From an uncultured Phycisphaeraceae bacterium (GTDB lineage: Bacteria > Planctomycetota > Phycisphaerae > WQYP01): 64,000 nucleotides of DNA. Location: contig CAZSYN010000003.1 of NCBI GenBank assembly GCA_964610975.1, positions 195,955 through 259,954 on the forward strand, in the 5' to 3' direction. The notes beneath the pieces were generated by a model. That model made no database searches. It worked only from the letters and a program-made list of their open reading frames with translations, and was not told the DNA's origin. The position numbers and the translations under genes were made by a program. Each line of letters starts with the position of its first letter. The stretch's first letter is position 1. Positions 35,169 to 43,851 of this stretch are shown in pieces.

Positions 35169-36014
35169 ATGAAAAAACTGACCGCCATGTGTCTTGTCTT
35201 CGCGTTATGCCTGCCTGCCCTGGCGCAGACAAACGTCAAGTCATCCGTCACGCGCCAACTCTCCGGCGCAACCGAAGCTCAGCGCAAAGGCAAAATTGCC
35301 GAAAACTGGCGCGAATTTCCCGCCGAAGACGGTACCCAGGTTCGCCTTTATGTGGCGCATCCTGATTTAAAATACGCCGGCGAAGTTCCCAATATGCCAG
35401 CCCTGCTCATCATTCAGGAATGGTGGGGAGTTAACGAAGATATTCAGGCCCGCACGCGCGATTTTGCACAGCGCGGCTATTATTCCGTAGCCGTTGATCT
35501 CTACGACGGCAAAGCCACCGCCGACCCCAAAGAAGCGGCCGCGCTCAAATCCGCACTGACTGACTCGGCCGCATTATTGCGCCTAAAAACCGGCGTCGAT
35601 TTTATTCATACGCAAGTTGATCGCGGTATTGTCAACGGCGACAAACTTGCCGCTATCGGCTGGTGTATGGGCGGCACGCAGGCGCTGAACCTTGCCATTG
35701 CCGATCCGCGTATTCATGCTCTCGTTATTTTTTACGGCGGTGATATCGTCACGGATACTGACAAACTCAAAGACATCCGCGGCCCGGTGCTCGGCGTTTT
35801 TGGCAATGACGACAAAAATCCGTCGCCAGATCGTGTGAATATATGGGAAAAAGCGCTCAAGGATTCCGGCAAAGACGTCACCATTCTGCGCTACGACGGC
35901 GCAGGCCACGCCTTTGCCAGCGATGCGGCAAAGCCGCTCGGCATGTATCGCCCCACACAAGCCGCCGACGCTTGGGCCAAAACATGGTCATGGCTTGAAA
36001 AAACGATGAAGTAA
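35169..36014 (+). CDS. Dienelactone hydrolase family protein (secreted)
   Basis: 281 aa with signal peptide MKKLTAMCLVFALCLPALAQ. The nucleophile motif is IGWCMGG, and the C-terminal GAGHAF fits the DLH catalytic His region. Confidence 0.85.
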   Translation: MKKLTAMCLVFALCLPALAQTNVKSSVTRQLSGATEAQRKGKIAENWREFPAEDGTQVRLYVAHPDLKYAGEVPNMPALLIIQEWWGVNEDIQARTRDFAQRGYYSVAVDLYDGKATADPKEAAALKSALTDSAALLRLKTGVDFIHTQVDRGIVNGDKLAAIGWCMGGTQALNLAIADPRIHALVIFYGGDIVTDTDKLKDIRGPVLGVFGNDDKNPSPDRVNIWEKALKDSGKDVTILRYDGAGHAFASDAAKPLGMYRPTQAADAWAKTWSWLEKTMK

Positions 36015-36034
36015 TAGGTAAAGCAGAAAACCCG

Positions 36035-36322
36035 CTATCCCGCACAAATAGCCTCAAGTCCGCGCGCAATCAATTCAGAGCGGCTAACTTTTAATCGTTT
36101 TGCCTCAAGGTCGGCGCGTGCCAGCAATCCGCGTTCAATTGATACGCGAATTTTTTCCGCTCCTTGCCCAATTTTGGGCCGACCCGGCTTGCGTGCCGCG
36201 CCAAGCACAGTTTTATCGTGTTGCGTAAGAGTACGCGCTTTCTGAAAAACCATCGGTTCATCAAATTCTTTTGTGGCGTCGCGAAGTTCCTTTGCCGTCA
36301 TATGCGACCATTTTTTTTTCAT
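36035..36322 (-). CDS. brnA: BrnA-type antitoxin (C-terminal ribbon-helix-helix)
   Basis: MKKKWSHMTAKELRDATKEFDEP... followed by a C-terminal IRVSIERGLLARADLEAKRLKVSRSELIARGLE (RHH-like). It starts 7 nt after the brnT stop. I prefer the ATG at 36322 over the track start at 36367. Confidence 0.75.
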   Translation of the reverse strand: MKKKWSHMTAKELRDATKEFDEPMVFQKARTLTQHDKTVLGAARKPGRPKIGQGAEKIRVSIERGLLARADLEAKRLKVSRSELIARGLEAICAG

Positions 36323-36329
36323 AGAGCAC

Positions 36330-36593
36330 CTATCTTTTTCGCCTGAATGCTCGCTTTTCTGTGCCACTTAGCGGCCGGGCGTGTATGACAAACAGTTTGT
36401 TACGGTCATCTTCATCAATAATAAAAATAACCTGTATATATTCGCCGGACGCACATCGGCCAACAGCCATGAACTTACCATCTCCTATTTTTCTGATACG
36501 AGTATGGTTAACAACATATTCAGCTTCCGTAGGAACAATACCATGCTCACCAATGTGTTCAATATTCCATTCATTCCAGCGAAAATAATACAT
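36330..36593 (-). CDS. brnT: BrnT-family (DUF497) ribonuclease toxin
   Basis: 87 aa. MYYFRWNEWNIEHIGEHGIVPTEAEYVV...VIFIIDEDDRNKLFVIHARPLSGTEKRAF matches the FEWDxxKxxxNxxKHGIxFEEA...IISAR pattern of BrnT/DUF497. The local sequence is AT-rich. Confidence 0.8.
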   Translation of the reverse strand: MYYFRWNEWNIEHIGEHGIVPTEAEYVVNHTRIRKIGDGKFMAVGRCASGEYIQVIFIIDEDDRNKLFVIHARPLSGTEKRAFRRKR

Positions 36594-36686
36594 CTTTTCT
36601 ATCTCTGACTAATTAAGTGTACACTTAATTAGTGACGAGTCAAACAAATAATGACGGACAATCAGGAATACTCAGCAACCGCATTT

Positions 36687-37208
36687 TTATGCCGGCTCAA
36701 GATCAAGATCGCAGTTCAGTTTTTCGCATTGCTGCTCAAGTTCCTGACGCAGTTTTTTAACGCTTGTCCCGGCCGGCACCGTCAACTGCATCTCCATGAC
36801 AAACAAAGGTGATCCGGAAAACGCCGCCGATTCCTGGCGTGCCTCAAGATCCTCAATGTTAATGCCGTTTGCGCGCAGAACATCCGTCACCGTATGCACG
36901 ATACCTGGTTGATCAAGCGAATAAGTCTTAAGCCTGTACGGCAATCCCTGAATTTTCTGCGCCGCGGCCGCGTGCTCAGTCGTGCTCACGTGCAGTCCCA
37001 TGCGTTCGCCGGCCTCAACCAGCGAAACGCGCATTTTGCGCACCGCGCTATCAGCGCCCTCAACCAGCAATATCACCGCAAATTGCCCGCGCAAATTCAC
37101 CATGCGCGACTCAACAATATTGCCGCCGCCTTCGGATACATGTCCTGATAACTGCCCCACCAGGCCTGGTTGATCAGGCCCTACCGCCGTGATAATAAGT
37201 TGTGCCAT
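36687..37208 (-). CDS. Tandem ACT-domain protein (GcvR-like)
   Basis: 173 aa. Two ACT-like halves begin LIITAVGPDQPGLVGQLSGHV and TYSLDQPGIVHTVTDVLRANGINI. Confidence 0.7.
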   Translation of the reverse strand: MAQLIITAVGPDQPGLVGQLSGHVSEGGGNIVESRMVNLRGQFAVILLVEGADSAVRKMRVSLVEAGERMGLHVSTTEHAAAAQKIQGLPYRLKTYSLDQPGIVHTVTDVLRANGINIEDLEARQESAAFSGSPLFVMEMQLTVPAGTSVKKLRQELEQQCEKLNCDLDLEPA

Positions 37209-37336
37209 GACGACCTCCGCATGTTGATGTGTCAGGTATAGTTTACCGGAGAGCCCGCCGGCAGACCAGAGCGGATTTTACCCTCATCAGGAGACCGCTT
37301 GCTCCTTTTGGGCAATACCTGTGCTACAATATCGGC

Positions 37337-37900
37337 ATGAATGACATAACCGTACGCCCCGCCACCGTCCGTGACGTGCCTGCGATGGCCCGCCTCATCA
37401 GCACTTTTGCAGAGCGTGGCCGCATGCTTTTTCGCTCACATGCTGAACTTTACGAAACGCTTCGTGATTTTGTCGTCGCCATCTCGGCTGACGGCAATGT
37501 TGTGGGCGTGTGCGCGCTTGAGATCGTCTGGGCCGATCTGGCGGAAGTAAAATCTCTGGCGGTTGCCGCCGATTATCAGGGCCGGGGCGTGGGCCGCAAG
37601 CTTGTTGATGCCGTCGTTGAAGAAGCCCGCAAGCTTGAAATTCAGAAAGTTTTTGCGCTCACCTACGAGCAGAAATTCTTTGAGCATCTGCAATTTGCCG
37701 TTGTTAACCGCAACGCGCTGCCGCTCAAGGTATGGTCTGATTGTGTTAAGTGCCCCAAGCGTGATGGCTGTGACGAAATCGCCGTCGTGCGGCAACTTTT
37801 TGACGCGCCGATTCTTTCTGAGCAAAATCCCGACGATATCGGTTATCGTTACGAAGTCCCCACGCCGATCGTTCAATTGCGAATACAAAAAAACGGCTAG
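37337..37900 (+). CDS. GNAT family N-acetyltransferase (short N-acetylglutamate synthase-like)
   Basis: MNDITVRPATVRDVPAMARLI... The acetyl-CoA binding motif is LAVAADYQGRGVGRKLVDAVVEEA. The ATG at 37337 is preferred over the track start at 37229. Confidence 0.8.
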   Translation: MNDITVRPATVRDVPAMARLISTFAERGRMLFRSHAELYETLRDFVVAISADGNVVGVCALEIVWADLAEVKSLAVAADYQGRGVGRKLVDAVVEEARKLEIQKVFALTYEQKFFEHLQFAVVNRNALPLKVWSDCVKCPKRDGCDEIAVVRQLFDAPILSEQNPDDIGYRYEVPTPIVQLRIQKNG

Positions 37901-37942
37901 CGGTATTCAGTTTTCTGATTTTTATTTTCTGGCTGCTGAATC

Positions 37943-39295
37943 ATGATCTCATCTTCGCGCATCACGATTCTCTCCGATCATCCGCCGCAGCCCGGCGCGC
38001 AGTTTGTTCTTTACTGGATGCAGTCATCGCAGCGCACGCTCAGCAATCACGCGCTTGAGTATGCCATTGCGCACGCCAATGAACTTCAGCTTCCGCTGGT
38101 TGTCTGTTTTGGTTTAATGGATGATTACCCGGAAGCCAATTTACGCCACTACGTGTTTATGCTTCAGGGGCTGCGTGATGTTCAAATCGCTCTGCAAAAG
38201 CGCGGCATTCTTTTTGTCATTCGCCGTGGCCAGCCCTGGCAGATTGCTCTTGAGTTATGCCGTTGCGCCGCATTATGCGTGACAGATCGCGGTTATTTGC
38301 GCCATCAGATCCTGTGGCGCAAATCATTGGCTAATGCCGCGCCGTGCCCGGTTATTCAGGTTGAGAGCGATGCCGTTGTTCCCGTTGAGATCGCCTCGCA
38401 TAAGCAGGAATTTGCCGCACGCACGCTGCGGCCCAAATTAAATCGCCTTCTGCCGGAGTATCTTCGGCCGCTACCTGCGGGCAAGCCGCGCCATTCTTCG
38501 CTTGATCTTCCGATCCGCAGTACGATCAATCTCGCATTACCGGAGCAGGCCGCCGCGACACTCAAACTTGATCACTCGGTTTTGCCCGTCACGCAATTTA
38601 TCGGTGGCCAGGTTGAGGCTCAGCGACGCCTCAAATCATTTATCGCCCATCATCTTTCGCATTACCTCACCGGCCGGCGCGAACCCGCCGGCAACGGCTG
38701 CTCGTATCTTTCGCCCTATCTGCATTTCGGCCAGATTTCTCCGCTTGATATCGCCCTTGCCGCGCACACTGCCGACGCCCCGGCCGCGGATCGCGACGCA
38801 TTCCTTGAAGAACTCATCATTCGCCGCGAACTGGCCCTTAATTTTGTCACATACTCCGGCGATTACGACACATATCGCGGCCTGCCCGCATGGTCGCGCG
38901 CCACGCTCAAAGCGCACGCGGCCGATCCGCGCGAGTATGTTTATAGCCTTACTCAGCTTGAGTCCGCGCGCACACATGATGAATTCTGGAATGCCGCTCA
39001 GCGACAGATGCTTGCCACCGGCTATATGCACAACAGTATGCGCATGTATTGGGGCAAAAAAATCATTGAGTGGTCGCCGACGCCCGAAGATGCTTACGTT
39101 CGCATTCTCACGCTTAACAACAAATATTTTCTTGATGGCCGCGACCCGTGCTCATTTACAAATGTCGCGTGGATTTTCGGTCTGCATGACCGCCCCTGGG
39201 GCCCGCAGCGCCCCATCTTCGGCCTCGTTCGTTACATGAACGCCGCCGGCCTCAAACGCAAATTTGATATGAACGCTTACGTGGCCATGTGGTAA
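37943..39295 (+). CDS. phr: Deoxyribodipyrimidine photolyase, class II type
   Basis: 450 aa. FVLYWMQSSQRTLSNHALEYA, ANLRHYVFMLQGL, SPYLHFGQIS, WNAAQRQMLATGYMHNSMRMYWGKKIIEW and PWGPQRPIFG resemble class II CPD photolyases. Confidence 0.88.
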   Translation: MISSSRITILSDHPPQPGAQFVLYWMQSSQRTLSNHALEYAIAHANELQLPLVVCFGLMDDYPEANLRHYVFMLQGLRDVQIALQKRGILFVIRRGQPWQIALELCRCAALCVTDRGYLRHQILWRKSLANAAPCPVIQVESDAVVPVEIASHKQEFAARTLRPKLNRLLPEYLRPLPAGKPRHSSLDLPIRSTINLALPEQAAATLKLDHSVLPVTQFIGGQVEAQRRLKSFIAHHLSHYLTGRREPAGNGCSYLSPYLHFGQISPLDIALAAHTADAPAADRDAFLEELIIRRELALNFVTYSGDYDTYRGLPAWSRATLKAHAADPREYVYSLTQLESARTHDEFWNAAQRQMLATGYMHNSMRMYWGKKIIEWSPTPEDAYVRILTLNNKYFLDGRDPCSFTNVAWIFGLHDRPWGPQRPIFGLVRYMNAAGLKRKFDMNAYVAMW

Positions 39296-39351
39296 TCGGA
39301 AAAAAACAGCATTATTTCAATTTTTACATGATATATTTCCACATTATCACA

Positions 39352-40155
39352 TTACCTCACATGCTGGTGCGTCATGATATGATCCTGGCAATACCCCTTG
39401 CCGCCGCACTGCGGACAGTAGCGAAACTCAAGTTCCGGATTTGTCTTATCCGTTCTGCCGCAAACGGTACAGCGATGAAAAGATTCTTCAGGATCAGGCG
39501 CATTTTGCATTTGTTTGAATTTATTCTGCGCGCGCTTGCCGCGATTGCGGATCATCCGCACCATATCCGCGCCAAAGAAGACAAAGAAATTCAGTACGGC
39601 CGCGGCAATCGCCGCACGATCCATTGCGTCTCCCTCAACAAACTGAAATCCGTAAAGAATCCACGTCAGCAGCGCCAGCCATTTTATTTTGACTGGGAAA
39701 ATGAACATCAGCAGCAGCGTAAAATCCGGATATAAAAACGCAAACGCAAGAAAAATGGACGACATCACATATTCATTGCTCATCGGCGCGCCATGCATTC
39801 CCGCCGACCACGCCGCAAAGCTCGCCCCGAGCGTTGCCACCCACGCAATAAAAAGATACACGTTCAGGCGAAACGTACCCCACGTTTGCTCAAGCGCATT
39901 GGCCATCAAATACAAAAGATAAAGCACAAAAATCAGAAAGATCAGCCACGTATCCGGCGGAATAAACATAAACGTGAATGCGCGCCACCATTCCCCGGCC
40001 ACAATCTTCGCCGGATCAAGCGTCAGCATCCGCACCAACTCCGGCCGCGCCTGGGAAATCACAAACGCCACGCCCTGAACCACCGCCAGGATCAACCCCA
40101 GATTTGGTATCGCCAGCCAGCCAATGCGCCGCTCAAGAAACGTCAACAATCGCAT
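39352..40155 (-). CDS. Multi-pass membrane protein, rhomboid-like fold (possibly inactive), with a C-terminal Cys4 zinc ribbon
   Basis: 267 aa. The GEWWRAFTFMFIPP motif resembles the rhomboid WR motif, but I cannot find a clear GxSG...H catalytic dyad. The C-terminus is HRCTVCGRTDKTNPELEFRYCPQCGGKGYCQDH. Confidence 0.45.
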   Translation of the reverse strand: MRLLTFLERRIGWLAIPNLGLILAVVQGVAFVISQARPELVRMLTLDPAKIVAGEWWRAFTFMFIPPDTWLIFLIFVLYLLYLMANALEQTWGTFRLNVYLFIAWVATLGASFAAWSAGMHGAPMSNEYVMSSIFLAFAFLYPDFTLLLMFIFPVKIKWLALLTWILYGFQFVEGDAMDRAAIAAAVLNFFVFFGADMVRMIRNRGKRAQNKFKQMQNAPDPEESFHRCTVCGRTDKTNPELEFRYCPQCGGKGYCQDHIMTHQHVR

Positions 40156-40394
40156 AGGGTACTCAATTCACCGTAAATCAATCATTCGCAGACCATTACG
40201 ACACGTGTACACAACGCCCGCATGCCGGAAAATCCTGAGCGTAACAGCAATCATCCGCCGAGCCAAGTCTTAAATCAGCCAAACTTCACATTATCGGAAG
40301 TTGCCCCTCAAGTTTCCCCGCAATTTCTGCCGATATCCCGAAGTGAGACTATTCTGAAGGACCGGAATAGTATTCTTCGCAGGAAGCGTTTGTT

Positions 40395-41408
40395 ATGGCC
40401 GACGTACTTGATCAATCTGAAGTTGACGCGCTATTGGCCGCCGTTGACCAGGGAGCCGTTAAAGAAGAAGCGGCGCCCAAAGTCTTCTCGCGCACCAATC
40501 GTCTTCAGGAAGTTGAAGTTCGCGCTTATGACTTCAAGCGGCCTGAGCGCGTCTCAAAAGACCAGATGCGTGCCCTTGAGGCACTGCATGAGGGCTTTGC
40601 GCGTAACTTTGGCGCGGCGCTCTCCGGTTACCTGCGCACCATCGTTGAAGTTTCCGTCGCCAATATTGAGCAGCTCACCTTTTCAGAATTTATTCACGCG
40701 TTGCCAAACCCCACCTGCTTTAACTTGCTGTCCGCCAAACCGCTTGACGGGCAGATGTGTCTTGAAATTTCGCCGCTGATCATTTACCCGATCATTGACC
40801 GCCTGCTGGGCGGCTCAAATGCGGATCTGTTTATTCCCCAGCGGCCGCTGACGCAAATTGAATGGCGACTGGTCAAGCGCCTGACGGATCGCGCGCTTGC
40901 CAACCTCGGCGAGGCCTGGTCAAACATTACCGACGTGGCCTTTGAACTCACCGAAACCGAATCAAATCCGCAGCTCGTTCAGATCGTTCCGCCGAACGAA
41001 GTTGTCGTTGTGATCGGTTTTGAAATCAAGATGGGCAATCGCGCCGGCACCATGTCGCTCTGCATTCCCTATAACGTCATTGAGCCGGTGATGAGCAAGC
41101 TCAGCCAGCAGAATTGGTTCACATACACCAAAAAGGCCGCCAACGACGACCATCTCAAGGCGATGCAGCGAAATCTCTCCGGCGCGCCGGTGCTGGTCAA
41201 AGTCATGCTCGGATACACCAACATCAAGGTCGATGAGCTTCTCAATCTCGTCCCCGGCGACATCATTCCGCTTGATAAACCGGCCGGCGGCGACATGATC
41301 GTGCAGGTTGAGGGCAAAAATAAATACGCCGGCACCATCGGCCAATTTAAGGGTAAAAAAGCCATCCGCATCCGCAAATCTCTCGCCCCTGGCGAAAGAG
41401 TGATGTAA
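40395..41408 (+). CDS. fliM: Flagellar motor switch protein FliM
   Basis: 337 aa. MADVLDQSEVDALLAAV is the CheY-P binding-type N-terminus. YDFKRPERVSKDQMRALEALHEGFARNF is the FliM signature. The C-terminus is a SpoA/FliN-like domain. AGGAAG precedes the ATG. Confidence 0.9.
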   Translation: MADVLDQSEVDALLAAVDQGAVKEEAAPKVFSRTNRLQEVEVRAYDFKRPERVSKDQMRALEALHEGFARNFGAALSGYLRTIVEVSVANIEQLTFSEFIHALPNPTCFNLLSAKPLDGQMCLEISPLIIYPIIDRLLGGSNADLFIPQRPLTQIEWRLVKRLTDRALANLGEAWSNITDVAFELTETESNPQLVQIVPPNEVVVVIGFEIKMGNRAGTMSLCIPYNVIEPVMSKLSQQNWFTYTKKAANDDHLKAMQRNLSGAPVLVKVMLGYTNIKVDELLNLVPGDIIPLDKPAGGDMIVQVEGKNKYAGTIGQFKGKKAIRIRKSLAPGERVM

Positions 41409-41451
41409 TTCAGCAATGTCGTAATTGATCATATGGCAATCAAAAACCCTC

Positions 41452-41483
41452 GGGCGTTGCCCGAGGGTTTTTCTGTATCAGCA
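41452..41483. terminator. Bidirectional intrinsic terminator between convergent fliM and rnk-like genes
   Basis: aaaaa-ccctcgggc-gtt-gcccgaggg-ttttt. Confidence 0.85.
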
Positions 41484-41500
41484 GTCATTTCAGAGGGCGC

Positions 41501-41914
41501 CTACAGATGATAATCGCCCGCTGCTTCCGGCTGATACAAGATATCCTCAACCATAATCCTGCGAATACCTACCGTTATCACTTCGCCGACGCTCGCTCCC
41601 AGCAACTGGCTGCCGAGATACGAAAGCACCGAGAGTTTATCCTGGTCAATATTGGCATCTTTTGGATATACCAGCGTATAAATATCAAGATCATTGTCAT
41701 CCATATCGCGCAGGCTCACGGTTGAATTCATCGTCACCACGCGCGGCGATATCCGTTTCTGGGAAACAATTTCGCTGCGGTTGAGATTCAATTCAAGATT
41801 GATCGCCACGGCGCCGTGACCCATCCGGCACAGTTGCGATTGCAGAATCTCGCTGAGGCGATTGAAATCAGCCCGAGTGACCGTCGGCCGGATTGTCGTT
41901 GACTGTGTTGTCAT
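41501..41914 (-). CDS. rnk: GreA/GreB-family protein, Rnk-like (regulator of nucleoside diphosphate kinase)
   Basis: About 137 aa, starting at MTTQSTTIRPTV. The C-terminal FKBP-like Gre domain pattern is VVTMNSTVSLRDMDDNDLDIYTLVYPKDANIDQDKLSVLSYLGSQLLGASVGEVI. Confidence 0.75.
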   Translation of the reverse strand: MTTQSTTIRPTVTRADFNRLSEILQSQLCRMGHGAVAINLELNLNRSEIVSQKRISPRVVTMNSTVSLRDMDDNDLDIYTLVYPKDANIDQDKLSVLSYLGSQLLGASVGEVITVGIRRIMVEDILYQPEAAGDYHL

Positions 41915-41970
41915 GATTATTCTCCTCTTGCACATGAGGTTGCTACAAAAAACGGGCCGTATCTGTTGAT

Positions 41971-42321
41971 TTACGCCATCATCTGGCGCATGGGCCGCTT
42001 GATATAATCTCTCCGCAGTGTGCGCCTCCGAATCACGTGCCGCCAGAGGTTCTCTTTGGCCTTGCCGGCCGCTTCCGTCACGGCCATATACAGATCCTGA
42101 TTGACGACTTCAACGGAAAACGGCGGCAGATACGCGTGATGCACGGTGATGCGGCACTGCTTGTCAAGGCCGCCCCGCGAACCGTTGATGTCATCAAGGC
42201 GCACGACAACCTGGTTGATCTGGCTTGAGGCCGTCTCAAGCGCCATGCTCACGCGCGTTTCAATGTGCTGAACCATCGCGGGAGAAAGACCAAAACCCGG
42301 GCTGTAGATATTGATTCTCAT
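41971..42321 (-). CDS. hpf: HPF/RaiA family ribosome-associated inhibitor (short form)
   Basis: 116 aa. MRINIYSPGFGLSPAMVQHIETRV...VVVRLDDING...YMAVTEAAGKAKENL is consistent with the sigma-54 modulation/S30EA family. Confidence 0.75.
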   Translation of the reverse strand: MRINIYSPGFGLSPAMVQHIETRVSMALETASSQINQVVVRLDDINGSRGGLDKQCRITVHHAYLPPFSVEVVNQDLYMAVTEAAGKAKENLWRHVIRRRTLRRDYIKRPMRQMMA

Positions 42322-42425
42322 AAGAACCTCCTTTCATGCGAGCACTATAGCCGTGCATTTTTAATTCGACTATAACGAAGTATCTTGCTATCCTATAGGT
42401 TTAAGTTATATGTCAGGTAACACGT

Positions 42426-43316
42426 ATGGGATGGCTGAACTACAATCATCTTTACTATTTCTGGATGGTCGCGCGCGAAGGCAGCGTGGTCCGCGCCAGT
42501 GAGGAATTGCTGGTTTCGCAGCCGACGATCAGCGCGCAGATCAAGGAACTTGAGTCCGCGCTCAACCACCGGCTTTTTGACCGCGTAGGCCGCGGACTGG
42601 CGCTGACGGAAGCCGGCCGGGTCACATTCAATTACGCCAACGAAATTTTTTCCCTCGGCCAGGAACTGGTCAACGCGCTTGAGCATCAGCCCCGTGGCCG
42701 GCCGCTGCGGCTTTCCGTCGGCATTGTGGACGTCATACCCAAAGCCGTCGCGCGCGAACTTCTTAAGCCCGCCATGCATCTTGGCCAGGCGCTCCGCTTA
42801 ACCTGCCGCGAGGACAAGGCCGACCGCCTGCTGACGGATCTTGCCGCGCGCCGGCTTGATGTCGTCCTCAGCGATGGGCCGATCGGCTCAGCGCCAGGCT
42901 TTGAGGGTTTTAATCATCTGCTGGTTGATTGCGGCATTTCGTTTTTTGCTTCATCATCACTTGCGGCAACTTATCGCAAGGGTTTTCCCAAATCTCTCAG
43001 CGGCGCGCCGATGCTGCTGCCGGCCAGTCATTCATCCGTTCGCCGTTCACTCAATATTTGGTTTGATTCGCTGCGCATTCATCCCGTGATCGTCGGTGAG
43101 TTTGATGACGCGGCGCTTATGTTTTCCTTTGGCCAGGATGGCGAAGGCATCTTCCCCGTCCCATCCGTGATTGATGCCCACATGCGCAAAGTTGTCGGCG
43201 TTAAACTGGTGGGCCAAACGCAGGAAGTTAAAGAACGTTTTTACGCCATCTCATCCGAAGAGCACCCCAAACACCCGGCCATCGTGGCTATCTGCGAAAA
43301 AATGCGGCCAAAATAA
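42426..43316 (+). CDS. LysR family transcriptional regulator (NhaR-like)
   Basis: 296 aa. The N-terminus MGWLNYNHLYYFWMVAREGSVVRASEELLVSQPTISAQIKELE is the NhaR-type wHTH. Confidence 0.9.
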   Translation: MGWLNYNHLYYFWMVAREGSVVRASEELLVSQPTISAQIKELESALNHRLFDRVGRGLALTEAGRVTFNYANEIFSLGQELVNALEHQPRGRPLRLSVGIVDVIPKAVARELLKPAMHLGQALRLTCREDKADRLLTDLAARRLDVVLSDGPIGSAPGFEGFNHLLVDCGISFFASSSLAATYRKGFPKSLSGAPMLLPASHSSVRRSLNIWFDSLRIHPVIVGEFDDAALMFSFGQDGEGIFPVPSVIDAHMRKVVGVKLVGQTQEVKERFYAISSEEHPKHPAIVAICEKMRPK

Positions 43317-43359
43317 AAATTACAATTGAATGGATATCAGATCTAAATATAGATCCTTT

Positions 43360-43851
43360 TCATTCACGGAAGAAAATAGGATGCACAGCTTCATACATAT
43401 TACGAGTATCTGTCTCATTATGCTTTAATTCTTCGTGATTCCACAGAGTATTCGTTCTTTCTGAACACTCTTTTGCTAGTGCATTTCCTATATTTTCATA
43501 GCTTAATCGTAACTCTCTTTTTAATACCTCAGGATTATTTTTAGCACCAACAACAAAAGTCCTAGAACGCAAAGACGACGGAGTTTCTCGTAAAAATTGT
43601 TCACGGCGTAAAGGATACTGATCATCATAATCAATTAACATAACAACATAACACATTTCATTTGATTCTAGTTCTTTTATATAAACATCTTTAAATTTAC
43701 TCAGAACATGAATCCATCCACCAACTGCTGGCAATACCTGAATTTGACAGCTATTCACTGAAGAATGTAATAAAAATCCATTCGCTAGCTGACGATCACG
43801 ATCATCCTCTGGAATGATGTAAACGTAAGGCTTATATTTATTTAACGCCAT
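43360..43851 (-). CDS. Small acidic protein, TOPRIM/DUF4276-like (tentative), partner of the upstream ATPase
   Basis: 163 aa. The pattern is a beta-strand plus acidic cluster (YVYIIPEDDRDRQ) followed by a second strand plus acidic cluster (VVMLIDYDDQ). It overlaps the ATPase gene by 14 nt. The region is AT-rich. Confidence 0.6.
   Translation of the reverse strand: MALNKYKPYVYIIPEDDRDRQLANGFLLHSSVNSCQIQVLPAVGGWIHVLSKFKDVYIKELESNEMCYVVMLIDYDDQYPLRREQFLRETPSSLRSRTFVVGAKNNPEVLKRELRLSYENIGNALAKECSERTNTLWNHEELKHNETDTRNMYEAVHPIFFRE

Noticed and set aside
37267-37279. A 13-nt exact inverse match (gccggcagaccag) to block 1 of the trpE-flanking elements, considered as a third full copy.
   Set aside because: Only the 13-mer matches and none of the other conserved blocks or stems are present. 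At best it is a remnant, and it is mentioned under the trpE-element finding.
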